A stretch of 29,753 nucleotides of DNA from a virus (Duplodnaviria > Heunggongvirae > Uroviricota > Caudoviricetes). The notes under the pieces are model-generated. The model was not told the DNA's origin, searched no databases, and worked only from the letters and a program-made list of their open reading frames with translations. The DNA lies in the IMG/VR virus record IMGVR_UViG_2541047785_000004, positions 1 to 29,753 of that record. The stretch is one strand, 5' to 3'. Positions 20,081-28,513 of this stretch are shown piece after piece; the first letter of the stretch is position 1, and each line of letters starts with the position of its first letter. A program made the translations under genes and the position numbers.

Positions 20081-20282
20081 CAGAAACTATCATGATTGAA
20101 ACATTAAATATACTGGGTTTATTCTATCATCCCTGCTCTCTTGCTATATGTCCTGAAAGCGTTCTTTTAAACCTTCTGCTCAATATGTCCGGTAATGGCA
20201 CAAAGCGGACAACCACGCTAGCTCTACCCTATGCCATGAAAATGTCAATTCACATATTAATTAATGCTCTTAAATATCATCA

Positions 20283-20702
20283 CTACAATAAATACCGAAC
20301 ATCTCCCTGATAAAACGACAATATGCGCTTCATAACTTCGCTTTTACGGCACTCACTACAAATTATATTATGACGCCTGTCGTAACGACGTATTTCTCCG
20401 TCTGGTAATGACCAAATAAGGTCTGGATCAACCACAACTGGTTTCTTCACCTTTGCCCTCGATAGTTTTTTGCGGGCGTTTTGCCAGTCTTTACGTGCCT
20501 GCTCAGACGGGAATAACCCGTAGCCAGAGTTGTATACGTCACCATTCGCAACCAACTCCCTGGCAAGAACACTTATCTGATATCTTGTCGCCCCCGTTTT
20601 AGCTTCCAGTTGTCGTAACGTCTCGCGCCCACTCTGGCGTACGAGATCAACGATCTGCCCTTTAATTTTTTCCCGCTCTTCCTGTGTAAATACTTTTGCC
20701 AT
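20283..20702 (-). CDS. Hypothetical early-operon protein, 139 aa from the ATG at 20702
   Basis: GGGGAGGG RBS before the ATG at 20702; basic protein with a CxxC (SECRKSE) near the C-terminus; follows the P-like gene. Confidence 0.6.
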   Translation of the reverse strand: MAKVFTQEEREKIKGQIVDLVRQSGRETLRQLEAKTGATRYQISVLARELVANGDVYNSGYGLFPSEQARKDWQNARKKLSRAKVKKPVVVDPDLIWSLPDGEIRRYDRRHNIICSECRKSEVMKRILSFYQGDVRYLL

Positions 20703-20718
20703 AAGCCCTCCCCTGGAA

Positions 20719-21513
20719 TCACTTTTCCGACACAATACGACTGGAGGAATCGACAATCTGTCGGACAATATCCCGGTGCTTGTTCAGCTCCCGCAGCGCG
20801 GCGCAGACTCGCTCCCACTTCTGGACATGACTTTTCGCCCGGCGAAGTTCGCGGCTTGCCATATGCAGCGATGGTAAAATCAGGCCATTCGCTCGCGTTT
20901 CGGTGAACGATGGCAACGACTGCACAATGTCCCCCACAGTATCTGTTTTAATTTCTTCCTGTGTTGCCGCTTCCTGTACTGGTAACGCAACACCGGCTGG
21001 CTGAGGAAAGCCTTTACCAGGTGTTTTCGCTACCGATACAACTTTCGGCTCTGCTGGTAAATTTTCCCCGGTTTCTTTTACCAGCATCCACTTACACCCC
21101 TTCCCCTGTCCCAGCTTAATCGCCATGCCATCGCGGCAAAGCTTTTCCATCGCAGAAACCAGCGACCTGACGCAATCAGCACGCCCCACAGCAATTGCAA
21201 TCTCAGCGGTGGTCATTGCCCCACTATGAGCAAGTGTGGACAGGATTTCGCAGCGTTTCAGTGGCTCACGCTCTTTTCTACTGACCACCGGATGGGATTT
21301 TCTTTCCACTTTACACACCGTTACTTTTTTTTCTTTCACGCCCGTTTGTCGTTCTGAAACAGACCAGTAACCATTAACCGACACAACTTCTCCCAGCTCT
21401 TCGTACTCCCTCAGCATTTTAATCGCCTCTGCAGGTTCAATGCCCAAACTGGCAGCAAGCTCGGTGCACGTCACCTTTTGCATCGCTTTTAACGTATCAA
21501 TCAACGTTTCCAT
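20719..21513 (-). CDS. Replication-module protein at the P position (no Walker motif recognised), ~264 aa from the ATG at 21513
   Basis: GGGAGA RBS before the ATG at 21513; two winged-helix-like segments; immediately follows the O-like initiator. Function inferred from position only. Confidence 0.5.
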   Translation of the reverse strand: METLIDTLKAMQKVTCTELAASLGIEPAEAIKMLREYEELGEVVSVNGYWSVSERQTGVKEKKVTVCKVERKSHPVVSRKEREPLKRCEILSTLAHSGAMTTAEIAIAVGRADCVRSLVSAMEKLCRDGMAIKLGQGKGCKWMLVKETGENLPAEPKVVSVAKTPGKGFPQPAGVALPVQEAATQEEIKTDTVGDIVQSLPSFTETRANGLILPSLHMASRELRRAKSHVQKWERVCAALRELNKHRDIVRQIVDSSSRIVSEK

Positions 21514-21557
21514 CAAAATTTCTCCCGTTAAAATCATTTACCAATCTCAAACCAAAC

Positions 21558-22520
21558 TTATCCCCTGAACCCTGGCGGAATTTCGGTGTCCGGTTCAGAA
21601 ATATGATTCACACAACGCTGTACAGGCGAACGCCCCAGACGGATAACCAGCTCATCCCATTTATCGCGAAGTTTTGACGGACTCATGATGTTTTTTACCC
21701 AGAATGGATCCCGCTGTACCCGACCAAACATTTCGCAGATTTGTCTGTGAGTTCTGCCATCCAGCATCCGCATTATGCGCACGTCATTGGCCCATGCTGT
21801 CCAGTTGGGTTCTTTCGGTCGGGTGATCTCGCCATCATCGCTGGCGGCCTGTTCGTAAAGACTCACGATTCGCCCCCAGATCCACTGTGCGCATGCCAAA
21901 TCCTCCTGATTTCCCCACTGACGTTTTTTTGCACTAAACACAATCGCATCAGGATGTCGGGTTAAAAAGTCCTGTTCAGCCGTCTGCGGGTCCGGTTGCG
22001 AAGCTTCCGGACGAAAAGATCTTTTATCTGACGGATCAGGTTTTAATACTGACGGATCGGGGCCAACCATCGCCCCCCTAACCGGCTGTTTTTTACAAAC
22101 GGTTGATCCATCAAAATTTGACGGGTCAATCGTTGAGGGGGCAATATTTGACTGGTCAACTGTTAACGGGTCATTTTTTGCCGGGCTAATTTTTCTTTTC
22201 GGTTTATATGCCTCACGCGCCGCCTCAGCTGCTGCTTCGAGTTTTTCCACATTAAGGCGGTAGATATTGCTTTCATTACGCCCACCGACCTTACGCTCCT
22301 CCTTCGTCAGCCAGCCGTTCTTTTCCAGTTCCGCTATCGCCGCTTTAACCGTTGATTCACTCTTTGCCCCAATCTGACGACGAATGGTCTCCACTGCAGG
22401 CCATGACACACCTTCGTCATTGCTGTAGTCTGCAAGGCGAGCCATTACTGCCACCCTGGATAAGATCATGCCGGTGAAGGCGCACCCTTCCCAGACAAGA
22501 CCATGAAGCTTGCTGCTCAT
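21558..22520 (-). CDS. Replication initiator (lambda O analogue) carrying the origin iterons in its coding sequence, 320 aa
   Basis: N-terminal HTH-like region (VSWPAVETIRRQIGAKSESTVKAAIAELEKNGWL), central repetitive peptide (PLTVDQSNIAPSTIDPSNFDGSTV) encoded by DNA iterons, and an AT-rich tract on the 5' side of the iterons. Confidence 0.75.
   Translation of the reverse strand: MSSKLHGLVWEGCAFTGMILSRVAVMARLADYSNDEGVSWPAVETIRRQIGAKSESTVKAAIAELEKNGWLTKEERKVGGRNESNIYRLNVEKLEAAAEAAREAYKPKRKISPAKNDPLTVDQSNIAPSTIDPSNFDGSTVCKKQPVRGAMVGPDPSVLKPDPSDKRSFRPEASQPDPQTAEQDFLTRHPDAIVFSAKKRQWGNQEDLACAQWIWGRIVSLYEQAASDDGEITRPKEPNWTAWANDVRIMRMLDGRTHRQICEMFGRVQRDPFWVKNIMSPSKLRDKWDELVIRLGRSPVQRCVNHISEPDTEIPPGFRG
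22026..22205. repeat. Origin of replication: six iterons (TTGAC-GG-GTCAA type) plus adjacent AT-rich tract, inside the O-like gene
   Basis: ctgacggatcagg (22028-22040), ctgacggatcgg (22049-22060), ttgatccatcaa (22103-22114), ttgacgggtcaa (22118-22129), ttgactggtcaa (22148-22159), ttaacgggtcat (22163-22174), then tcattttttgccgggctaatttttcttttcggtttatatg. Confidence 0.7.
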
Positions 22521-22543
22521 AAAAAACCCCGAACACCGTGCTT

Positions 22544-22969
22544 TTAGTGCATCACCACAGCATTTCCTGCCGGGCCACCACGATTCATCTGATTGAAACC
22601 GGCGATTGCCACTGCGACAAAATCATCAGCGTCTCTCACCAGTCGTTCCCGCGTCTCCACCAACTCCCGAAAATAGACTGAACTGTGGCTGCGCATCCGG
22701 GCCACCAGCAGAGGTGGCATTGCTTTTTCGATCGCTGGTAACAACGCCTGAATTTTTTCAACCGCATCAGTAGTGTCTTTCTCCACCCAGCGGAAAATTT
22801 TCTGGGTATTACGAGCCAGGGCTTCTGGATGGCTGTCGTCGTACAGTTCCGGGGACGTCATTCCCAGTTCGAAATAAGCCCTGGTTATCTTGGCCGCCGG
22901 AACTTTTTCACCATCCGGACGCGCCCAAGCATTCATCGCCATGCGGATGTGTTCATGCTTGATTTTCAT
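22544..22969 (-). CDS. ydaT: YdaT-like protein (Rac-type, CII-position), 141 aa
   Basis: Begins MKIKHEHI... as recalled for Rac YdaT; second gene of the rightward early operon, after the Cro-like gene. Confidence 0.6.
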   Translation of the reverse strand: MKIKHEHIRMAMNAWARPDGEKVPAAKITRAYFELGMTSPELYDDSHPEALARNTQKIFRWVEKDTTDAVEKIQALLPAIEKAMPPLLVARMRSHSSVYFRELVETRERLVRDADDFVAVAIAGFNQMNRGGPAGNAVVMH

Positions 22970-22991
22970 GAATCATTTGCCTCTTGATGTT

Positions 22992-23288
22992 TCAGGTATG
23001 ATCAAATGAGGATTTGTTACTGTCATTTAGTTGCTTCACTGACATATTCTGCGAACAACATGCCGAACGTCGTAAATATGACCAGTCAATATCAGGACGA
23101 AGTTCTTCGCACAGAACCTCACCTCTTGTTGCACGTTCAATTGCTGGACATCTCTCGGCAGGCAATTGACGTACCCCTTTGATCCATTGATTTACGCTTG
23201 GAGGTGATACACCTAAAAGCCTAGCCATTGCTGATTGCCCACCGACAACAGCACAAGCTTGCTTGAATGAATAGTTCTCTTTTTTCAT
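22992..23288 (-). CDS. ydaS: Cro-like HTH regulator (YdaS-like), 98 aa
   Basis: MKKENYSFKQACAVVGGQSAMARLLGVSPPSVNQWIKGVRQLP... HTH; divergent from the repressor gene with operators between; matches Rac YdaS as recalled. Confidence 0.8.
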   Translation of the reverse strand: MKKENYSFKQACAVVGGQSAMARLLGVSPPSVNQWIKGVRQLPAERCPAIERATRGEVLCEELRPDIDWSYLRRSACCSQNMSVKQLNDSNKSSFDHT

Positions 23289-23411
23289 CGAATGAACTCC
23301 AAAAACACACAGAAATATTAGGCGACGCCTAACGTAAATGTCAATAGGCTATGCCTAATGCGATAAAGGTAGGGATTGCCTAATGCAATGAGCATAGGAG
23401 AATATTAAGCA
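23289..23411. promoter_or_regulatory. Right operator/promoter region: palindromic operators TTAGGC-N3-GCCTAA overlapping a TTGACA-N18-TAATAT promoter for the cro-like gene
   Basis: Perfect palindrome ttaggcgacgcctaa (23318-23332); taggctatgcctaa (23345-23358); half-site ttgcctaatgca (23376-23387); minus-strand -35 TTGACA (23339-23344), -10 TAATAT (23315-23320). Confidence 0.65.
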
Positions 23412-23888
23412 ATGCTTAGTGGTAAAGACTTAGGCCGAGCGATAGAGCAGGCCATTAACAAAAAAATCGCATCGGGATCCGTCAAATCAAAGGCGGAGGT
23501 CGCACGCCACTTCAAAGTCCAACCACCATCAATTTATGACTGGATTAAGAAAGGCTCTATAAGTAAAGATAAACTTCCAGAATTATGGCGTTTCTTTTCT
23601 GATGTTGTTGGTCCAGAGCATTGGGGGCTTAACGAATACCCCATACCAACCCCCACCAATTCAGATACAAAAAGTGAACTTTTAGATATAAACAACCTTT
23701 ATCAAGCAGCCTCTGATGAAATAAGAGCGATTGTAGCTTTCCTGTTATCTGGAAATGCTACAGAACCAGATTGGGTTGACCACGATGTTCGCGCCTACAT
23801 AGCAGCGATGGAAATGAAAGTGGGTAAGTATCTGAAAGCTCTAGAATCTGAACGGAAAAGCCAGAACATCACAAAAACTGGAACTTAA
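23412..23888 (+). CDS. racR: Prophage repressor (RacR-like), 158 aa
   Basis: AGGAG RBS; HTH AEVARHFKVQPPSIYDWIKKGS; divergent from the cro-like gene and flanked on both sides by the same operator repeats; matches Rac RacR as recalled. Confidence 0.8.
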   Translation: MLSGKDLGRAIEQAINKKIASGSVKSKAEVARHFKVQPPSIYDWIKKGSISKDKLPELWRFFSDVVGPEHWGLNEYPIPTPTNSDTKSELLDINNLYQAASDEIRAIVAFLLSGNATEPDWVDHDVRAYIAAMEMKVGKYLKALESERKSQNITKTGT

Positions 23889-23960
23889 ACTTATATGGTC
23901 TGACGGAAAACTCCTAGATTCCGTTATTTAACCCCCCCATCACTTTCTGCTGTCGCCATC

Positions 23961-24027
23961 ACCTATTAGGTTACGATCAAAACATTAGGCATAGCCTATT
24001 GACAATCAATTAGGCATTACCTATAGT
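23961..24027 (+). promoter_or_regulatory. Left operator/promoter region (pL-like): TTGACA-N17-TATAGT with overlapping TTAGGCAT(A/T)(G/A)CCTA operators
   Basis: ttaggcatagccta (23985-23998), ttaggcattaccta (24010-24023); -35 TTGACA 23999-24004, -10 TATAGT 24022-24027; mirrors the cctattgaca motif of the right promoter. Confidence 0.6.
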
Positions 24028-24207
24028 TCCAGCATACCACCCACCCCGCCCCACAGAACGCAGGGCAATACTTCGAGTTACCAGGCAGTGGTCAGGGGTT
24101 AAGTAGCCAGCCCGAGGCGTAAGAACATGACGGCAGGGTTCAACTTTAATAACTATGCAGCAGGTTTTTGTTCCGCTACCCCGGCGTTAAGGGGACATGA
24201 GGTCAAC

Positions 24208-24360
24208 ATGGATACTATCGATCTTGGCAACAACGAATCTCTGGTATACGGCGTGTTTCCCAACCAGGACGGCACATTCACCGCGATGACGTATACCAAA
24301 AGCAAAACGTTTAAAACCGAATCTGGCGCGCGTCGCTGGTTAGCCAGAAATACTGACTGA
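24208..24360 (+). CDS. DUF1391-like small early protein (YdaF/YdfA-like), 50 aa
   Basis: GAGG RBS; MDTIDLGNNESLVYGVFPNQDGTFTAMTYTKSKTFKTESGARRWLARNTD resembles the recalled Rac/Qin YdaF/YdfA family. Confidence 0.6.
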   Translation: MDTIDLGNNESLVYGVFPNQDGTFTAMTYTKSKTFKTESGARRWLARNTD

Positions 24361-24371
24361 TGAGGTTGACT

Positions 24372-24761
24372 ATGGAATTTAAAGATTTACCAAAAGAAAT
24401 CCAAGAAATTGCAGCACATACACTTCGTCAACGTCTGAACGAAGTTGCATTAGAAGCTGAAACGAAAAAAGACATTGATAATATGGCTCGTAATGTGCGC
24501 GATGCGTTTACCGGACTGTATTCTGTTTCTGTTGAGGACAATAACATTCCTGACGAACAGGAAGAGAGTACAGACCCCCACAAATTCTGGAAATCTGTAG
24601 AGGTCATTGCAAAAGCCAAACTACTGGAACTTAACAACTTATATCATCGTGAGAATGATGGTCGTCAATCTTTGCATCATCAGGGAGTCGCCACCCTGAT
24701 AGCTCTAACGAAAGAGCAAGGCGAATATCATCCAGTGGCATTAAACGACACTGTGAAATAG
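24372..24761 (+). CDS. Hypothetical early-left protein, 129 aa (3' end overlaps a convergent ORF)
   Basis: GAGG RBS 7 nt upstream of the ATG at 24372; amphipathic charged N-terminal region; last ~40 codons overlap the minus-strand ORF 24631-24930. Confidence 0.5.
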   Translation: MEFKDLPKEIQEIAAHTLRQRLNEVALEAETKKDIDNMARNVRDAFTGLYSVSVEDNNIPDEQEESTDPHKFWKSVEVIAKAKLLELNNLYHRENDGRQSLHHQGVATLIALTKEQGEYHPVALNDTVK

Positions 24762-24930
24762 TCCATCCATGTTTACGGGATAGATAAAGATATATCGCTT
24801 CGAAACCATCGACATGGTTTGGATAGCCTTCCTCAGCAGCAAGGTTATCCCCAAAACATTCAAGAATATAATTTAAACGCGCTGTTTCATAATGAATCTT
24901 CCAGCGAGTCTGATTTAGTTTGCTGACCAT
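24631..24930 (-). CDS. Hypothetical protein at the sieB-equivalent (convergent) slot, ~99 aa from the ATG at 24930
   Basis: GGAGGA 10 nt upstream of the ATG at 24930; MVSKLNQTRWKIHYETARLNYILECFGDNLAAEEGYPNHVDGFEAIYLYLSRKHGW...; convergent with the early-left operon. Confidence 0.45.
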   Translation of the reverse strand: MVSKLNQTRWKIHYETARLNYILECFGDNLAAEEGYPNHVDGFEAIYLYLSRKHGWTISQCRLMPLDDIRLALSLELSGWRLPDDAKIDDHHSHDDISC

Positions 24931-25278
24931 TTTAATTTTATCCTCCATTGAGGTTACTGGTTGAGAATGGAGACCACACGTGACAGCGCGTGGTCGTGCG
25001 CCGGACACGGATAAGAATCCGGCACAAACAGTTTACTGAAAGGATATATCCCTGAAAAGTCAGGGCATAACGCGAAAGCGCACGGCGAAGTCATTCCTCC
25101 CTTTGTTGTGTACCACTGACATCTTCGTCTGTGCGCTTCCGGTTGTGGCAATCCGCGAAATGGCGCGGCGGTAAGTATGGCGGGGTTATTCCTTCCCCGT
25201 TGAGGACACCGGGTTGTCAGGTTGACCATACGCTTAAGTGACAACCCCGCTGCAACAACCCATGTTGATTACCTTTTG

Positions 25279-25328
25279 GCGGGTATCCGTTTTTTGTTTT
25301 CCCTTGTGATACCCGCCCTTTTTAAAGT
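25279..25328 (+). terminator. Plus-strand intrinsic terminator-like hairpin (10-bp stem ggcgggtatc/gatacccgcc, 20-nt loop, then CTTTTTAAA)
   Basis: Seen directly; in the GC-rich non-coding stretch of the early-left operon. Confidence 0.45.
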
Positions 25329-25506
25329 GAATTTTGTGATGCGGTGAATGCGGCTCAGCGCACGCGGAACAGTTAAAAAGGCCAGTTGACTTCCGTATTG
25401 GTTCTTATGGGTGGGTTCTCTGTATCCGGCGTTAATTATTAACTGGTTAACGTCACCTGGAGGCACCAGGCACCGCATCACAAAATTCATTGTTGAGGAT
25501 GCGATA

Positions 25507-25689
25507 ATGGAAACGTTATTACCAAACGTCAATACGTCTGAAGGTTGTTTTGAAATTGGTGTCAGAATCAGTAACCCTGTATTTACTGAAGATGCCATTA
25601 ATAAGAGAAAACACGAACGGGAGCTATTAAATCAAATATGCATTGTTTCAATGCTGGCCCGTTTACGCCTGATGCAAAAAGGACGATGA
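25507..25689 (+). CDS. Small early protein (KilR/YdaE-position), 60 aa
   Basis: GAGGA RBS before the ATG at 25507; METLLPNVNTSEGCFEIGVRISNPVFTEDAINKRKHERELLNQICIVSMLARLRLMQKGR; stop overlaps the next start (ATGA). Confidence 0.5.
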   Translation: METLLPNVNTSEGCFEIGVRISNPVFTEDAINKRKHERELLNQICIVSMLARLRLMQKGR

Positions 25690-25895
25690 CAATGAATACA
25701 GTATTTGCACTCGTTCTGACGGTTTTTCTTAATACAGGCGAGCCAGTCGATCTTGTTATTGGTATACATGACTCAATGAAAGAATGCATGGCTGCCGCAG
25801 CGGAACAGAAAATTCCCGGCAACTGTTATCCGGTTGATAAAGTTATTCGCATGGACAATAACGAAATCCCGGCAGGACTTAAAACAGCACCGTAA
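25686..25895 (+). CDS. Small protein with hydrophobic N-terminus (signal/anchor-like), 69 aa
   Basis: MTMNTVFALVLTVFLNTGEPVDLVIGIHDSMKECMAAAAEQKIPGNCYPVDKVIRMDNNEIPAGLKTAP; translationally coupled to the upstream ORF. Confidence 0.5.
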   Translation: MTMNTVFALVLTVFLNTGEPVDLVIGIHDSMKECMAAAAEQKIPGNCYPVDKVIRMDNNEIPAGLKTAP

Positions 25896-25975
25896 TTAAT
25901 ATCCGGTTTCATTTTTATATGCCAGCAATGGCAGGGATTTGTTCACCCTTAAATCTGTAATGAGGTTAAAACAAA

Positions 25976-28447
25976 ATGAGTAAAGTCTTTATTTGCGCCG
26001 CCATTCCGGACGAACAGGCAATAAAGGAAGAAGGTGCAGTCGCTGTAGCCACTGCCATTGAAGCCGGCGACGAACGCCGCGCCCGAGCCAAATTTACCTG
26101 GCAATTCCTGGAGCAATATCCGGCTGCTCAGGACTGCGCTTATAAATTTCTTGTTTGCGAGGATAAACCCGGCATGCCCCGCCCTGCCATCGACTCCTGG
26201 GATACCGAATATATGCAGGAAAACTGCTGGGATGAGGAATCCGCTTCCTTTATTCCGGTCGAACCAGAATCCGATCCGATGAACGTCAATTTTGACAAGC
26301 TGTCCCCTGAAGTACAGAACGCGGTCCTGGTTAAGTTCGACACATGTGAAAACATCACCATTGATATGGTTATTAGCGCACAGGAATTGTTGCAGGAAGA
26401 CATGGCAACATTCGACGGACATATCGTTGAAGCGTTGATGAAAATGCCAGAAGTTAACGCCATGTATCCGGAGCTTAAGTTGCACGCCATTGGGTGGGTT
26501 AAGCATAAATGTATTCCTGGTGCTAAATGGCCCGAAATTCAGGCAGAGATGCGCATCTGGAAAAAACGTCGCGAAGGTGAACGCAAGGAAACCGGAAAAT
26601 ACACGTCTGTTGTTGATCTCGCCCGCGCCAGAGCCAATCAACAGTACACTGACAATTCAACAGGAAAAATCAGCCCGGTCATTGCTGCCACTCATCGCGA
26701 ATACAAGCAGACATGGAAAACACTGGATGACGAACTGGCCTACGCTCTCTGGCCTGGTGATGTGGATGCCGGAAACATTGACGGCAGCATCCATCGCTGG
26801 GCAAAAAATGAAGTTATCGACAACGACCGCGAAGACTGGAAGCGTATCTCGGCATCAATGCGCAAACAGCCTGATGCCCTTCGCTACGACCGCCAGACTA
26901 TTTTTGGCCTTGTCCGTGAACGTCCGATCGACATTCACAAAGACCCTGTGGCACTGAACAAATACATTACTGAATACCTGACTACAAAGGGCGTGTTTGA
27001 AGATGAAGGAAGAAATCAGAGCGCAACTGATACTCTCTCGTCGCCAGTACCAGAAACTGATGCAGTGGAAACGGCAATTCCGGACAACGAAAAAACCGAA
27101 TGCAAAGTGGAAGTCGAACCATCTGTAGAGCGTGAGGGGCCGTTCTACTTCCTCTTCACCGACAAGGATGGCGAAAAATATGGTCGCGCAAACAAACTTT
27201 CTGGTCTGAATAAGGCGCTGACTGCAGGGGCTACTGAAATCACGAAAGAAGAATATTTTGCCCGTAAAAACGGTACATACTCAGGTTCACAACAAAATAC
27301 TGGTGCATCTGACACGACCGCACAACCAGAGCCGGTAAAAGTTACCGCTGACGAAGTAAACAAAATTATGCAGGCAGCCAATATCACCCAGCCTGACGCC
27401 GATAAGTTGCTTGCTGTATCACGTGGTGAATTTGTTGCAGGGATTAGCGACCCGAATGATCCGAAATGGGTGAAGGGGATTGAAACCCGCGATTCAGTGA
27501 ATCAGAACCAGCAAGAAACGGAACAGAACGACCAGAAAGCGGAACAAAACAGCCCAAATGCGTTACAAAACGAGCCAGAAACGAAACAACCTGAGCCAGT
27601 AGCGCAACAGGAAGCGGAAAAAGTCTGCACCGCCTGCGGTCAGACCGGCGGCGGCAACTGCCCTGATTGTGGTGCGGTGATGGGCGACGCAACATACCAG
27701 GAAACATTCGATGACAAGAACCAGGTTGAAGTTCAGGAAGACGATTCGGAGAAAATGGAAGGCGCTGAACATCCACACAAAGAGAATGCTGGCAGCGCTC
27801 AGGATCACGCCAGCGATAGTGAAACTGGCGAGACGGCAGATCCCTTAATTACGGTGAACGGTCATCACGTTATCACATCCACCAGCAGGACGTGTGACCA
27901 TCTAATGATCGACCTTGAAACCATGGGAAAAAATCCTGATGCCCCGATTATCTCAATAGGTGCAATATTTTTCGATCCTCAAACCGGAGATATGGGACCG
28001 GAATTTAGTAAGACTATCGATCTGGAAACTGCTGGCGGAGTCATTGATCGGGACACCATTAAATGGTGGCTTAAGCAATCACGCGAAGCGCAATCTGCCA
28101 TTATGACCGATGAAATCCCGTTAGATGATGCACTGTTACAATTGCGGGAATTTATCGACGAAAACTCCGGTGAATTTTTTGTTCAGGTCTGGGGAAATGG
28201 AGCCAACTTCGACAACACGATTTTGCGCCGTTCATACGAACGGCAGGGGATCCCCTGCCCGTGGCGTTACTACAACGATCGCGATGTACGCACAATCGTT
28301 GAGCTGGGGAAAGCCATAGACTTCGATGCCAGAACGGCTATTCCATTCGAAGGTGAGCGCCATAATGCACTTGATGACGCCCGTTACCAGGCAAAATACG
28401 TTTCAGCAATCTGGCAAAAACTGATCCCGAATCCGGTTGATTTTTAA
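25976..28447 (+). CDS. RecE-like large recombination protein with a CxxC…CxxC zinc ribbon and a C-terminal DnaQ-like DEDDh 3'-5' exonuclease domain, 823 aa
   Basis: Central region (EREGPFYFLFTDKDGEKYGRAN…, DADKLLAVSRGEFVAGISDPNDPKWVKGIETRD) resembles recalled RecE N-terminal/middle segments; zinc ribbon CTACGQTGGGNCPDCG; exonuclease motifs MIDLETMG (Exo I), WGNGANFDNTIL (Exo II), HNALDDARY (Exo III, DEDDh). Confidence 0.8.
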   Translation: MSKVFICAAIPDEQAIKEEGAVAVATAIEAGDERRARAKFTWQFLEQYPAAQDCAYKFLVCEDKPGMPRPAIDSWDTEYMQENCWDEESASFIPVEPESDPMNVNFDKLSPEVQNAVLVKFDTCENITIDMVISAQELLQEDMATFDGHIVEALMKMPEVNAMYPELKLHAIGWVKHKCIPGAKWPEIQAEMRIWKKRREGERKETGKYTSVVDLARARANQQYTDNSTGKISPVIAATHREYKQTWKTLDDELAYALWPGDVDAGNIDGSIHRWAKNEVIDNDREDWKRISASMRKQPDALRYDRQTIFGLVRERPIDIHKDPVALNKYITEYLTTKGVFEDEGRNQSATDTLSSPVPETDAVETAIPDNEKTECKVEVEPSVEREGPFYFLFTDKDGEKYGRANKLSGLNKALTAGATEITKEEYFARKNGTYSGSQQNTGASDTTAQPEPVKVTADEVNKIMQAANITQPDADKLLAVSRGEFVAGISDPNDPKWVKGIETRDSVNQNQQETEQNDQKAEQNSPNALQNEPETKQPEPVAQQEAEKVCTACGQTGGGNCPDCGAVMGDATYQETFDDKNQVEVQEDDSEKMEGAEHPHKENAGSAQDHASDSETGETADPLITVNGHHVITSTSRTCDHLMIDLETMGKNPDAPIISIGAIFFDPQTGDMGPEFSKTIDLETAGGVIDRDTIKWWLKQSREAQSAIMTDEIPLDDALLQLREFIDENSGEFFVQVWGNGANFDNTILRRSYERQGIPCPWRYYNDRDVRTIVELGKAIDFDARTAIPFEGERHNALDDARYQAKYVSAIWQKLIPNPVDF

Positions 28448-28513
28448 TGTTCAACCCTGATCGCCGTCCCCGAATTATATTGGCGGCGGTCATGCTGTAA
28501 GGCACGTGACCAC

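Noticed and set aside
25949-26641. 230-aa minus-strand ORF (and 26140-26490, 27444-27776)
   Set aside because: Antisense to the RecE-like gene, whose plus-strand frame carries clear exonuclease motifs.
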